This document shows, one piece after another, positions 31,001 to 41,002 of a stretch of 64,000 bases of DNA. The position numbers and the translations under genes were made by a program. The stretch is from Blastocatellia bacterium (GTDB lineage Bacteria; Acidobacteriota; Blastocatellia; Pyrinomonadales; Pyrinomonadaceae): assembly GCA_963786645.1 (NCBI GenBank), contig CAWAZW010000003.1, positions 6,410-70,409 on the forward strand, read 5' to 3'. Under the pieces are notes generated by a model. That model saw nothing but the letters and a program-made list of their open reading frames with translations, was not told the origin of the DNA and searched no databases. Each line of letters opens with the position of its first letter. The first letter of the stretch is position 1.

Positions 31001-31812
31001 TTCTGCGAAACGACCTTCACCTGGGCGCCTGTGTTGCGCCCGTCCTCCGCACTGTAGCTGCTTGAAACGACCGAGACTTCCTTAACCGACTCTTGATTCG
31101 GTGTCACAACAGCTGCTCCGCCCAGGCCTAGACTGTTGACGCTTACGCCATCAACCATGAAGTTGTTGCTCGACACGCGTTGGCCGTTCGAGCTGATCTG
31201 CACCTGGTTCTCCGTCTGAAAGACGCCCGTGTTGGAACCTCCGCCAACCTCTTCGGTGCCAGGAAGAAAAGTGGCCCTGTTGCCGGGTCCGCCTCGCGCC
31301 GTGTCACCTAAGACGCCGGGTGCGGTGCGGACAAGCGAGTAAGGATCGCGGCCGACCTGCGGTAGACGCTGAATTTCCTGCGCCGTGATCGCGCCGCCGA
31401 CGTTCGCGTTTTCCGTTTCAACTTGTGACGATGCTTCGTCGGTGACGGTGACGGTTGCGGTGACGTCACCAGTCTCAAGAAGAACATCGATACCCTGGAC
31501 ATTCTCAGCGCCAATCGTGACTGTCTCGAGGACGGACTTCTTATAGCCTGGCTTCTCAGTTGTGAGTGAATACTTGCCCGGAGCTAAGCCGGAGAAACGG
31601 TAAAAGCCCTCGGAGCTGGTTGTAGTTTCCTGGGATGTACTAGTTTCGGTATTCGTTAGCGTTACTGTGGCTTCGGGTACTAAGCCCACCTGCAGTGTCC
31701 GTAACCGTTCCCTGAACCCCAGCCTTGAATTGAGCTTGCACTGCCGGTATTGCAGACAGAAGATAAGGGTAAGCAAAAACGTTCGCATAAAAGCACTCGT
31801 GCTTCGATTCAT
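28096..31812 (-). CDS. TonB-dependent receptor with carboxypeptidase-regulatory-like N-domain (at least 5 frameshifts)
   Basis: Fragments 29344-32091, 29076-29486 and 28058-29233, with the true C-terminus ...VTELQFRFSF in ORF 28096-28371. The start is ATG 31812, with GAGGAGG 7 nt upstream. The N-terminus reads ...GVQGTVTDTAGG/LVPEATVTLTNTET once a compensated double frameshift is allowed. Confidence 0.85.
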
Positions 31813-32227
31813 AGTGGGCCTCCTCAGGCTAATCGATCGGTTTGCCAGATCTCCTTTGCCCAAAACCGTGCGTTTAGCACTACGCCAGGGCTCGGGGCCG
31901 GGAAGCCGGTTCTTAAAGATGGACAGGGGGAATTGAAAAATTAGACGCTTGCAACTGAGTAGACTGCATACAAAATACATCCGATACAGGATATAGTCGA
32001 TAAGATTATTCGCCTGCGGCACAAAACATTCTTCCCAGAATACAAACTCGCGAATGTAATTCAGCCGAGACTCTGATAAGCTTGCGGCCACCGGCAGTTG
32101 GATTTCAGCTTTATCGCTACGAGTACTTGGTGCTTCCCCCTGATCAAGCGACCTTGTTTCTCAAGGGTTGCGCGCTTGTCTCGAGTGGACTTGGTTCGCG
32201 GTGGAGGATTTCTATTCTACTAAAAAC

Positions 32228-33348
32228 ATGGAGAAAAAAATGTTTTCAATGCAACGTTCAGTTTTAACGTCTCTCCTGATAGTTTTCGCGACTGATTGCC
32301 GGCGCATGTGTATCCGGTTCGATAAACAAATAGCGGCGGAACCACGATCGACGGCCCGAAAGAAGAAAGGACCAAACGACCCCATTAGCATCGGCTTTTC
32401 GATGGACACTCTTAAGGAAGAACGCTGGCAGCGTGACAAAGATCTGGTGGAGAAGCGCGCGAAGGAATTGGGCCACCAGATATCGGTGCAGGTAGCGAAT
32501 GGGGATGACAGCTTGCAGATCAAGCAAGCCGAGAACCTGTTGACGCAGGGCGTCGATGTGCTTGATCGTGGCGCCGCACAACGGTGAGGTAGCGGCTTCA
32601 ATCGTAGAAGCCGCACACCGGCAGGGCGTGCCTGTTATTTCTTACGACCGTTTGATTAAGAACTCCGACGTCGATCTGTACCTGTCGCACCAGGTCGTGA
32701 AGATGGGTGAGATGCAGGCGCAGTACCTTGCTCGATCACGTTAATAAGAAACCAGCAAACTTTGTGATAGTTGGCGGCTCTCCTACGGACAACAACGCAC
32801 TGTTGTTGCATCAGGGACAGATGAATGTGTTAAAGCCAGCGGTTGATCGCGGCGATGTGAAGATCGTGGCTGATCAGTACGCCAAGGAGTGGCAGCCCAA
32901 CGAAGCGCTGAAAATTGTGGAGAACGCTCTGACGCTCGTAAACAATCAGGTCGACGCAGTCGTCTGCTCGAATGACGGCACCGCGCGCGGGGCGGTGCAG
33001 GCGCTGGAAGGCCAGAACCTTGCCGGCAAAGTGTTGGTCTCCGGACAGGATGCGGATCTCCCGTCTTTGAAACTAATCATGGAAGGTAAGCAGACCATGA
33101 CGGTTTACAAATCCATTCAGCCCCTGGCATATGGCGCGGTGGACGCAGCTGTAAAGATGGCACGCGGCGAACAGGTGGCGACGACAGAAACAATCGACAA
33201 CGGGTTTAAGAAAGTGCCCGCGATTTTGCTTGAGCCTGTGGCAGTCGATCGCAACAACATGCTAAGCACCATCGTGAAGGATGGTTATCACAAGCTTGAG
33301 GATATATGCTCCGGCATTCCTCCGGAAAAATGTCCGAAGCCGGAGTGA
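32228..33348 (+). CDS. xylF: CUT2 ABC sugar transporter substrate-binding protein, XylF-like (2 frameshifts)
   Basis: Fragments 32168-32587, 32556-32744 and 32707-33348. Long stretches align by eye with E. coli XylF: EERWQRDKDLVEKRAKELG, GGSPTDNNALLLHQGQMNVLKP, DAVVCSNDGTARGAVQAL and SGQDADLPSLKLIMEGKQTMTVYK. Confidence 0.8.
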
Positions 33349-33409
33349 GATAGGAATCTGAAGCTACGGTGTCCACCGATTCCATGTTTAAGGGGTCGGA
33401 TCTCATTAG

Positions 33410-33510
33410 CACCGGGCTTTAGCCCGTGTCTACGAAACCATGAACAGAGCGAAACCGTTAAACGGTTTCCTTGTATGAATCCCTTTGCTTCACCGGGCTG
33501 AAGCTCGGTG
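33410..33510. repeat. REP-like hairpin cluster (CACCGGGC-N4-GC(C/T)CGGTG type)
   Basis: Three hairpins: caccgggctttagcccgtg (33410-33428), gaaaccgttaaacggtttc (33451-33469) and caccgggctgaagctcggtg (33491-33510). The cluster lies between xylF and xylG. Confidence 0.45.
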
Positions 33511-33573
33511 TTAATAAGAGAAGAAAAAGCGAAGTTTTGCTCCGTACGGCCTTCTGACGATCAACTCGAAAAC

Positions 33574-35115
33574 ATGGCTGAACCTTCCCATTCTGCCTTC
33601 CTCGAAATGCGGGACATCACCAAGAGTTTCCCCGGTGTTCGCGCACTTGATGGTGTTAGCTTTGATTTACATCGCGGCGAAGTTCACGCGCTGGTAGGCG
33701 AGAACGGAGCGGGCAAATCCACTCTGATTAAAATACTCGGTGGAGTTTATCCTCACGGGGAATATGGTGGCGAGATCCTCATCGAAGGAACCGCGCAACG
33801 TTTTGCAGGAGTTCGAGAAGCTGAGAAGGCCGGCATAGCTGTTATTTATCAGGAGTTGTCTCTCGTCAGAGAGATGACTGTGGGACAGAACATCTTTCTC
33901 GGTCGAGAGCCAACCAGGCTGGGCGTTATTCGCTGGGATGAACTCTACCGTCGCGCGCAAGGCCTACTCGCCGATCTGCACCTTTCAATCGATCCCCTAA
34001 CACCAGTTCGCGGCCTGGGCATCGGCCAACAACAACTCGTGGAAATCGCCAAGGCTCTTTCTCACAATGCTCAGGTGCTGGTTCTTGACGAGCCAACTGC
34101 CGCCTTGACGGACAGTGAAGTTGAAACGCTCTTCGGCATTTTGCAGAAACTTCGAGAGCGCGGTGTTGGGATGATCTACATTTCTCACAAGCTCGACGAA
34201 GTGTTTCGAATCAGTGATCGAATAACTGTTCTGCGCGACGGAAAAACGGTTGGCACGAACGTAACGCCTGAATGGACTGAGTCTCAGGTAATCGCGCGAA
34301 TGGTGGGCAGGGAAGTCGGCGACATCTTCCCGACGTTTGAGCATGTGAAGGGCGATGTGATGTTCGAGGCGGCTGGAATGACGGTCAGTGACCCGGATAT
34401 TCCTCAAAAGAAATTGGTTGACAATGTGTCGTTTTCGGTTAGACAAGGCGAGGTCCTGGGCATCGCGGGTTTGATGGGTGCCGGCCGCAGTGATCTGCTG
34501 ATGGCGATATTCGGCGCGCACGCTGGGCTCGTTTCAGGAGAAATCAGAGTTGAAGGAAAACGCGTTGAAATAAAAAGTCCGGCCGATGCAATTAAACAGG
34601 GAATTGGTTTTGTAACAGAGGACCGGAAGCGTTTCGGACTCGTCCTGGATCAGACAATTCTGAACAACATGACTCTCGCCGGTTTACGTCAAATCTCCGG
34701 CCGGTTCATTACCAGCGTCGATGCTGAGTCAGCTGCAGGTGAGCGGGCGATGAATAACCTGCGTGTGAAAGCCAAATCGGTGTTCACCGTAGCGGGAACG
34801 TTGTCAGGTGGCAATCAGCAGAAGGTGGTTTTGGCGAAATGGCTTTTGACTGAGCCCCGCGTTCTGTTTCTCGATGAACCCACGCGCGGCATCGATGTAG
34901 GAGCCAAGCAGGAAATTTATGCCCAGATAAATGCGCTGGCGAAGTCGGGACTTGCTATCGTGCTCGTATCATCTGAGTTACCGGAAGTACTTGGTCTTTC
35001 TGATCGAATCGTCGTCTTGCATGAAGGTAAACAGACCGGCGAATTCACTCGATTCACTGCAACCCCCGAAGCTGTTATGGCTTGTGCGACAGGTCACACT
35101 CGAGTCGCAGCCTGA
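33574..35115 (+). CDS. xylG: CUT2 ABC sugar transporter ATP-binding protein (two ABC domains), XylG-like
   Basis: Intact ORF with its start at ATG 33574. It has Walker A GENGAGKST, GVYPHGEYGGEILIEG (compare XylG GIYPHGSYEGEIIF), LGIGQQQLVEIAKAL, and a second domain with LSGGNQQK. Confidence 0.9.
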   Translation: MAEPSHSAFLEMRDITKSFPGVRALDGVSFDLHRGEVHALVGENGAGKSTLIKILGGVYPHGEYGGEILIEGTAQRFAGVREAEKAGIAVIYQELSLVREMTVGQNIFLGREPTRLGVIRWDELYRRAQGLLADLHLSIDPLTPVRGLGIGQQQLVEIAKALSHNAQVLVLDEPTAALTDSEVETLFGILQKLRERGVGMIYISHKLDEVFRISDRITVLRDGKTVGTNVTPEWTESQVIARMVGREVGDIFPTFEHVKGDVMFEAAGMTVSDPDIPQKKLVDNVSFSVRQGEVLGIAGLMGAGRSDLLMAIFGAHAGLVSGEIRVEGKRVEIKSPADAIKQGIGFVTEDRKRFGLVLDQTILNNMTLAGLRQISGRFITSVDAESAAGERAMNNLRVKAKSVFTVAGTLSGGNQQKVVLAKWLLTEPRVLFLDEPTRGIDVGAKQEIYAQINALAKSGLAIVLVSSELPEVLGLSDRIVVLHEGKQTGEFTRFTATPEAVMACATGHTRVAA

Positions 35116-35134
35116 AAGGAAAGTGAGAGGCGGA

Positions 35135-36388
35135 ATGAACGATTCAGCTAACCAGCCTGAGACTGAACGACCTCCTGCCACATCCGATTTCACCCCCGTG
35201 AAAGAAGTTGATCAGCTTACGCGGCAAACGACTATCGGATCGCTCAAGATTTCAACGGATGTGCTCCGGGCATACACGATGGTTTTCGCGTTGGTGGCGA
35301 TCTGGATCTTCTTTCACTATTCGACTGATCAACTCTTTCTCGATCCAAGAAACTTCTCAAACCTGATGCGGCAGACCGCCGTCACCGGCGTCCTGGCGGT
35401 TGGCATGCTGATGGTAATCATTACCGGCCAAATCGATCTATCGGTCGGTTCGGTAGTGGGACTCGCGGGTGGCATCGCGGCCATAGCGCAGGGATGGTTG
35501 GGATGGGGACTCATCCCATCAATCAGCGCCGGGATTGCGGTTGCAATTCTGATTGGAGGAATCCAGGGTTCGTTGACCGCATATGTCAATGTTCCCGCGT
35601 TCATTGTGACGCTCGGTGGGCTTCTCGCCTGGCGTGGCGTAATCCTGGGGTTAAGCCGCGGCGAGACTATTCCCATACGGCTGCAATCATTCAAGGCAAT
35701 CGGACAGGATTATGTTGGCCCAATGATTGGTTGGGCCATCGCAGCAATCGCTGTGGCTGCCATTGTTTGGCTGAACTTCTCTCGGGCTCGTTCGCGGAAG
35801 AAACACGGCCTGACGGCGTCAGGTCCAGGGATGTTGCTGCTCCGAATTCTCGGGCCGTCACTGGCGGTTGTCGGGTTCATCTACATGATGAACGCTTATG
35901 AGATTGCCCCGGGGCGTTACGCCGGAATTCCTGTTCCGGTAATAATTTTCCTGGCGATCGCTCTCGCAGGAGCGTTTCTAACTCAGAACACGACGTTCGG
36001 TCGATACCTCTACGCAATAGGAGGAAACCCGGATGCAGCGCGTCTGTCCGGCATAAATATCCGACGCCATCTGTTGGCAGTGTTCTGCATCATGGGCGCC
36101 CTGTCAGGTGTGTCCGCAATTATTTATACGGCGCGGGTTGGCAGCGCATCGCCTGACGCGGGCCAATTGTTGGAACTCGACGCGATTGCGGCTTGCGTAA
36201 TCGGCGGCACAAGTTTGATGGGAGGTCGCGGCACCGTGTTTGGTGCTGTGCTCGGTGCGCTCATTATGGCGAGTCTGGATAACGGAATGTCTTTGAAGAA
36301 TGTAGAGCCTTACATGCAGAACATTATCAAGGGAGCGATCCTGGTCGCTGCCGTTGGTCTGGATATGGCGGGGCGCAAGCGCAGTTGA
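35135..36388 (+). CDS. xylH: CUT2 ABC sugar transporter permease, XylH-like
   Basis: Intact ORF with its start at ATG 35135. It is polytopic. NLMRQTAVTGVLAVGMLMVIITGQIDLSVGS resembles XylH. Confidence 0.85.
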   Translation: MNDSANQPETERPPATSDFTPVKEVDQLTRQTTIGSLKISTDVLRAYTMVFALVAIWIFFHYSTDQLFLDPRNFSNLMRQTAVTGVLAVGMLMVIITGQIDLSVGSVVGLAGGIAAIAQGWLGWGLIPSISAGIAVAILIGGIQGSLTAYVNVPAFIVTLGGLLAWRGVILGLSRGETIPIRLQSFKAIGQDYVGPMIGWAIAAIAVAAIVWLNFSRARSRKKHGLTASGPGMLLLRILGPSLAVVGFIYMMNAYEIAPGRYAGIPVPVIIFLAIALAGAFLTQNTTFGRYLYAIGGNPDAARLSGINIRRHLLAVFCIMGALSGVSAIIYTARVGSASPDAGQLLELDAIAACVIGGTSLMGGRGTVFGAVLGALIMASLDNGMSLKNVEPYMQNIIKGAILVAAVGLDMAGRKRS

Positions 36389-36417
36389 AACCTGCAGAGA
36401 CTCGTTAGCGCAATCTA

Positions 36418-37413
36418 ATGGCCCATCCGCAATCGAACGAAACGAAACTCGTATTTGCAGCAGACCTCGGCGGCACACACCTTCGGGCCGCTGCGATTGA
36501 TGAGAACGGATGCGTCTATCATCGGTTGAAGAAGCCTACGCCTCGATGGTCGGAGGCAAAGGACATAGTGGGCGCGTTAGTTGAGATGGCGCGTGAGTGT
36601 GAAAGCCAAACTCGCGAACGCGGCGTCATCGTTAGATCATGCGTAGCAGTACCTGGAACGATCGACGTAGAGGAAGGCGTCGTTGAAACCGCGCCAAACA
36701 TTCCCTGCCTGGCGAGCTTTCGTCTCGCTGACGCGCTTCAGAGCGAACTTCGCCGTCCCGCCTTAATTGAGAACGACGCGAATGCCGCCGCAGTAGGTGA
36801 AATGTGGCAAGGCGCGGCTCGCGGCGCGGGAACGATCACCTGTCTAACACTGGGCACAGGCGTGGGTGGCGGGATCATACTCGATGGCAAATTGTGGCGA
36901 GGAGCTGATGGTTCTGCCGGCGAGATCGGTCACATGGCCATTGACCCGTTTGGAGGGGTCGTATGCGGGTGTGGCGCCGAAGGCTGTCTTGAAGTTTATG
37001 CATCCGCGACAGCGATCGTTCGCATGACGATCGATGCCTTGCCGGGTTATCCAATTTCAACTCTACATAAGGACGAGGAGTTGACTGCTGAGAAGGTCTA
37101 CCGCGCGGCTCAGGAAGGTGATGAACTCGCTTTGGAGATTTTCCGTCGCATGGGCACCTACCTGGGAGTCGGACTGGCGAATCTGGTCAACGTCCTCAAC
37201 CCGGAAATGATTGTCATCGCAGGCGGCGTTGCCAACGCCTGGGATCTATTCGCAGAACACGCAATTCAACAGATGCGCGAACGAGCGTTTCCATTGCCGG
37301 CAGCCAATGTCAAGGTCAGGCAAGGTGAGTGTGGAGACAACGCTGGATTGCTTGGCGCAGCGAGTCTTGGCTTCAGTAGATCCTTCTTAGAAGTACCAGG
37401 TTTCCAATTGTAG
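36418..37413 (+). CDS. ROK family sugar kinase (glucokinase-like; no N-terminal HTH)
   Basis: It has the ATP-binding DLGGTHLR, GTGVGGGI and the ROK zinc motif VCGCGAEGCLE. The 331-aa length fits a kinase rather than a repressor. Confidence 0.8.
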   Translation: MAHPQSNETKLVFAADLGGTHLRAAAIDENGCVYHRLKKPTPRWSEAKDIVGALVEMARECESQTRERGVIVRSCVAVPGTIDVEEGVVETAPNIPCLASFRLADALQSELRRPALIENDANAAAVGEMWQGAARGAGTITCLTLGTGVGGGIILDGKLWRGADGSAGEIGHMAIDPFGGVVCGCGAEGCLEVYASATAIVRMTIDALPGYPISTLHKDEELTAEKVYRAAQEGDELALEIFRRMGTYLGVGLANLVNVLNPEMIVIAGGVANAWDLFAEHAIQQMRERAFPLPAANVKVRQGECGDNAGLLGAASLGFSRSFLEVPGFQL

Positions 37414-37583
37414 ACAGAAATTGAAGCACCCGATTCGATTCATCCAACCTGTGCGGCCATCTTTAAAACCAATTACCAAAATTCGGATTACTTTTTCACG
37501 GACCGTCGTTGTCAGCGACCGTCGCGTGTACGATATGGTGCTATTTACATAACGAATTTTATTAAGGAGTATTTTAGGTTCCA

Positions 37584-38702
37584 ATGAGTCAGGCAAAACG
37601 GATCGGTGTGTTGACGGGAGGCGGCGACGCGCCAGGTCTGAACCCCGCTATCAAGGGTTTGGTCTATCGTGCCTCAGAACGTGGGATTGAAACAGTGGGC
37701 CTCAGCGACGGTTGGCTAAGCTTGCTCGACCCTCCATTCGACGTCGTAACGCTTGAGCGCGCAACTGTCCGTCGCTGGGATCGCGACGGCGGGACTAATC
37801 TCGGTTCGTCCCGAACCAATCCTTTTCAAACAGCCAATGAGTTCGGAGAACGAATTGACCGGTCGTCAGAGGTGATCGCCAACATTAAAAAGTTCGAACT
37901 CGACGCTATCGTCGTCTGCGGTGGGGAAGACACGCTGGGCGTTGCCGCACGCCTATCAGAAATGGCGGTGCCTATCGTCGGTATTCCCAAAACTATCGAT
38001 AAAGATCTGGCAGGAACAGATTACACGCTGGGCTTTGACACGGCGCTAAGAAACGTAACTGAAGTCATCGAAAGGTCACGCACGCCCGCCGGCTCGCACG
38101 GCTGGGTTCAGGTGATCGAAGTAATGGGGCGCCACTCGGGCCACCTGGCTCTTTGGTCGGGCCTTGCGGGTCAGGCCGACATTATCCTGATTCCCGAACA
38201 CCCGTTTCGGTACGAAAAGGTCTACCGCCTGTTGAAGGATAAGCTCGGAGATTCAACCTCGCATCCACGCGACCCGCAGCGCCCGCGTTACTCGGTAATC
38301 GTCGTTGCTGAAGGCGCCTACGCGGAAGACGGCGAGCTGATAATCATGGACGACCGACATGACGCATTCGGCCACGCGCGGCTTGGTGGCATTGCCGAAG
38401 TCCTGGCCCGAAGAATTTTGAGTGATACGTCCTACGAGGCGCGTTCGGTAATTCTTGGTCACCCGCAGCGTGGTGGTCCACCTTCGCCGGTGGACCGTAT
38501 CATGGGGTTGTTATTCGGCGCGCGGGCGGCGGACGCAGTTGCCGACGGCGACTTCGGCAAGATGGTGTCGTCTCGCGGAATTGCACCGGCTTGCGATCTA
38601 TCGCTGATAGACATTTCTACGGTGCTGGGAAAGATCGACACGGTCGATGTTGACCGCCACTACGACACGCAACGTTATCATCTAAAGGGGATTGGGATGT
38701 GA
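37584..38702 (+). CDS. pfkA: 6-phosphofructokinase (PfkA family; phosphoryl donor ATP or PPi not assignable)
   Basis: It has GVLTGGGDAPGLNPAIKG, CGGEDTLG, IPKTIDKDLAGTDYTLGFDTA, MGRHSG and GHPQRGG. Confidence 0.85.
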   Translation: MSQAKRIGVLTGGGDAPGLNPAIKGLVYRASERGIETVGLSDGWLSLLDPPFDVVTLERATVRRWDRDGGTNLGSSRTNPFQTANEFGERIDRSSEVIANIKKFELDAIVVCGGEDTLGVAARLSEMAVPIVGIPKTIDKDLAGTDYTLGFDTALRNVTEVIERSRTPAGSHGWVQVIEVMGRHSGHLALWSGLAGQADIILIPEHPFRYEKVYRLLKDKLGDSTSHPRDPQRPRYSVIVVAEGAYAEDGELIIMDDRHDAFGHARLGGIAEVLARRILSDTSYEARSVILGHPQRGGPPSPVDRIMGLLFGARAADAVADGDFGKMVSSRGIAPACDLSLIDISTVLGKIDTVDVDRHYDTQRYHLKGIGM

Positions 38703-38739
38703 ACAGGAAGTGAGGACAGGATTCAGACAAGAGAAATCG

Positions 38740-38770
38740 TTGACTTCGGTTTCACCCGCCAAGTTAGTAT
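38740..38770 (+). promoter_or_regulatory. candidate sigma70-type promoter
   Basis: TTGACT (38740-38745), an 18-nt spacer, then TTAGTAT (38764-38770). It lies upstream of AAAGGAGA and ATG 38808. Confidence 0.3.
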
Positions 38771-38807
38771 CTTATACTGAGTCCCTCACAGTGAAAGGAG
38801 ATCGGCT

Positions 38808-39446
38808 ATGGAAAACCATCGAGCGCTTTCGGCGACAAGTCAGATCGCATTTGTGGCGGCGGTTTGCTTGCTCACTCTCGCCCCCAACGCGGCTAGGGGC
38901 CAGGGGAATATTCCTACTGCTCCGGCAGTGAAAGATCCATTCGGCGAAGTACGCGAGAGGCAGCAAAGGGAGGCGCAACTGCGCAGCGCCGAGATGAGGG
39001 GCCCTAGAAAGGCGGATGCGCCAGACTTTGAGGCTGGGGCCAAACAGATGCGGGAGGACTTCAAGGCCATCCAGGTTAGGCGCAACAACGTCGCGCGCCA
39101 CCTGTTGTCAGAGAAGCCGCTGGATTATAAATTCATCACCGCCGAGACCGAGGAAATCAGTAAGCGAGCCAGTAGGCTTAAGGCGCACCTTACCCACGAA
39201 TCCGGTCAGGGCGAAAAGAAGGAAGAAACCAAACCGGTTGAGCTTGGGGAAAACCAAATGAAGGGCGCACTGGTGACGATTTGTAAGCGGATTGACAGCT
39301 TTACCGAAAATCCCCTCTTTAAGCAGCCCGACGTTGTCGATCTGCCACAGTCCGAACGAGCCCGCCGGGACCTGCGAGATATCGTCTTGCTGAGCGGTGG
39401 CATTTTGAAGTTAGCCGAGAAGCTGAATAAGACGCCGCATAAATAA
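38808..39446 (+). CDS. hypothetical secreted protein
   Basis: Intact 212-aa ORF with a good SD (AAAGGAGA). It has a signal peptide (IAFVAAVCLLTLAPNAARGQ) and a charged, helical-looking body. I recognise no family. Confidence 0.55.
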   Translation: MENHRALSATSQIAFVAAVCLLTLAPNAARGQGNIPTAPAVKDPFGEVRERQQREAQLRSAEMRGPRKADAPDFEAGAKQMREDFKAIQVRRNNVARHLLSEKPLDYKFITAETEEISKRASRLKAHLTHESGQGEKKEETKPVELGENQMKGALVTICKRIDSFTENPLFKQPDVVDLPQSERARRDLRDIVLLSGGILKLAEKLNKTPHK

Positions 39447-39625
39447 ACCGAATAAACCCCTACCGGCTGTCGATGGCGGACGGCGGGGCAACTTGCTTCT
39501 TTTTAAAACTGAAGAGGTGAGTAATGGCCGGCGGTTGGTGGTGAAACTCAGCCTAACGCGATAACGCCGTAAACCCGAATCGCGAATGAGGGAATTGGAT
39601 TTCTGACGAGCTTACCAATCACAAT

Positions 39626-41002
39626 TTAGCTGCCACCTGCAAGTGCGCGGAGAGAAAGAAGAGTGATGGTAGTCGGCGTGCCGTTCTCAACCTCGACCTT
39701 GAGAAGCGCCTGATAGTACTTCGGAGGCGCATTCTTTCCGCCGAGTTGGCGAAGACGCTGCCCCAAAAGATTCAAGTGATTCCGCGTGGTTACGAATTCG
39801 GCCGCCGCTTCAGTCCCCTCACTAAAGATCCCCGCAAGCGTCATGACTGCGTGCTCGCCCGAGACATTCGGCTTGACAGTGATCAACGCATAGTCAACTG
39901 ACATCTCTCCCGTCTGTTCATTAAACTGTGGCTTATATTCTCGCTCCTCGCCGGGAAGTGGATCGCGATTCTCGATGGTCGCAGAGAATGTGTACACGAA
40001 GTTCTCGACGGTCGGGAGTCTGCGCGACCATTCGTTGACGTAGATACTGCCGAGCAGGATCACGTTGCGATACTTCAGTTCGGCGGCGCTAACCTGACGA
40101 CTTTGCCTTAGCAGTATGGTTTTATTCGATGCGCGCAGGAGGTCTGTAAGGCGGTACACGCCGACGGCTTCACCCATTCCGGTGTACATCCCCAGCGACG
40201 GAATAAGTCGTGGCGACTCGCCTCCAGTGTATTGACCCTTGAACTCAGGCGCGTCAAGAAGTGAGCGTGTCTGCTCTGGAGTAAGTTGGATCGCGCGGCG
40301 TGCCAAAGAGCTGGGGTCGGCTTCGTTCACGAAGCGGTAGACGGTCGGATTGCTCAAGACGAGCAGCGGCGACTCCGCGTCATCTACGAACGGACCCCAA
40401 ACGGCCTTGAAGTCTTCGGTGCTGAGCGAGGGGTCGAGAGTCCGAGCTTGGCTCCTCAGTTGCTGGTTTGATGAATATAGCGCCACCACCGCGACGGTCA
40501 GCAGAACGACGAGCCCAGCCAAGCCTAGCGCGACCACCCTGGCTCGAGACCCCTCTGCAACTCTCTCGACATCAGCCTGGCCTTCTGCTGCTGGTACTAT
40601 CGCATGTCCGTTATCACTGAGCGCATCTACCATGAGGGCGCCCGGTGCAGAAATTTCTTTCGGCTCAACATGAGGGCAGCTAAACACAGGATGATAGTGG
40701 CCCTTGGGAAGGTCAATTACGATCTGGTCGTTCTTACCTTCGGCGGTGTAATACTCCTGTAGTTTCGTCCGCAACCTTCCCGCCTGAACTCGGACTACCG
40801 AATCGATGCGCGGGTCATAGTCGCTCCTGCGTCCAAACACTTCAGTGGCGATAGTGTACTCCTTGAGCTGCACATGCTCATCGGCCAAAGTCTTTTCCAC
40901 AACGAAGCGCAGAAAAGCCTTGAGGTTCTCGGAGTTTTGCAGAGTGCGGCTATGAAGTACCCTTTCCAACTGCTCAATTTTTTGTTCCTTACCCAGTTCC
41001 AT
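39626..41002 (-). CDS. membrane-anchored one-component regulator (ToxR/CadC-like): cytoplasmic winged-helix-like N-domain, one TM helix, periplasmic domain
   Basis: The N-terminal ~100 aa read LKAFLRFVVEKTL...LKEYTIATEVFGRRSDYDPRIDSVVRVQAGRLRTKLQEYY...IDLPKGHYHPVF, which resembles an OmpR/CadC-type wHTH. The single TM is VVALGLAGLVVLLTVAVVALY. About 270 aa of unknown fold follow. Confidence 0.55.
   Translation of the reverse strand: MELGKEQKIEQLERVLHSRTLQNSENLKAFLRFVVEKTLADEHVQLKEYTIATEVFGRRSDYDPRIDSVVRVQAGRLRTKLQEYYTAEGKNDQIVIDLPKGHYHPVFSCPHVEPKEISAPGALMVDALSDNGHAIVPAAEGQADVERVAEGSRARVVALGLAGLVVLLTVAVVALYSSNQQLRSQARTLDPSLSTEDFKAVWGPFVDDAESPLLVLSNPTVYRFVNEADPSSLARRAIQLTPEQTRSLLDAPEFKGQYTGGESPRLIPSLGMYTGMGEAVGVYRLTDLLRASNKTILLRQSRQVSAAELKYRNVILLGSIYVNEWSRRLPTVENFVYTFSATIENRDPLPGEEREYKPQFNEQTGEMSVDYALITVKPNVSGEHAVMTLAGIFSEGTEAAAEFVTTRNHLNLLGQRLRQLGGKNAPPKYYQALLKVEVENGTPTTITLLSLRALAGGS

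Noticed and set aside
37584-38702. A PPi-dependent signature in the PFK: Asp at the E. coli Gly104 position (GGEDT) and Lys at the Gly124 position (PKTID).
   Set aside because: The same GGEDT/PKTID motifs occur in the actinobacterial-type clade, which contains both ATP- and PPi-dependent enzymes. The phosphoryl donor therefore cannot be called from these residues alone.
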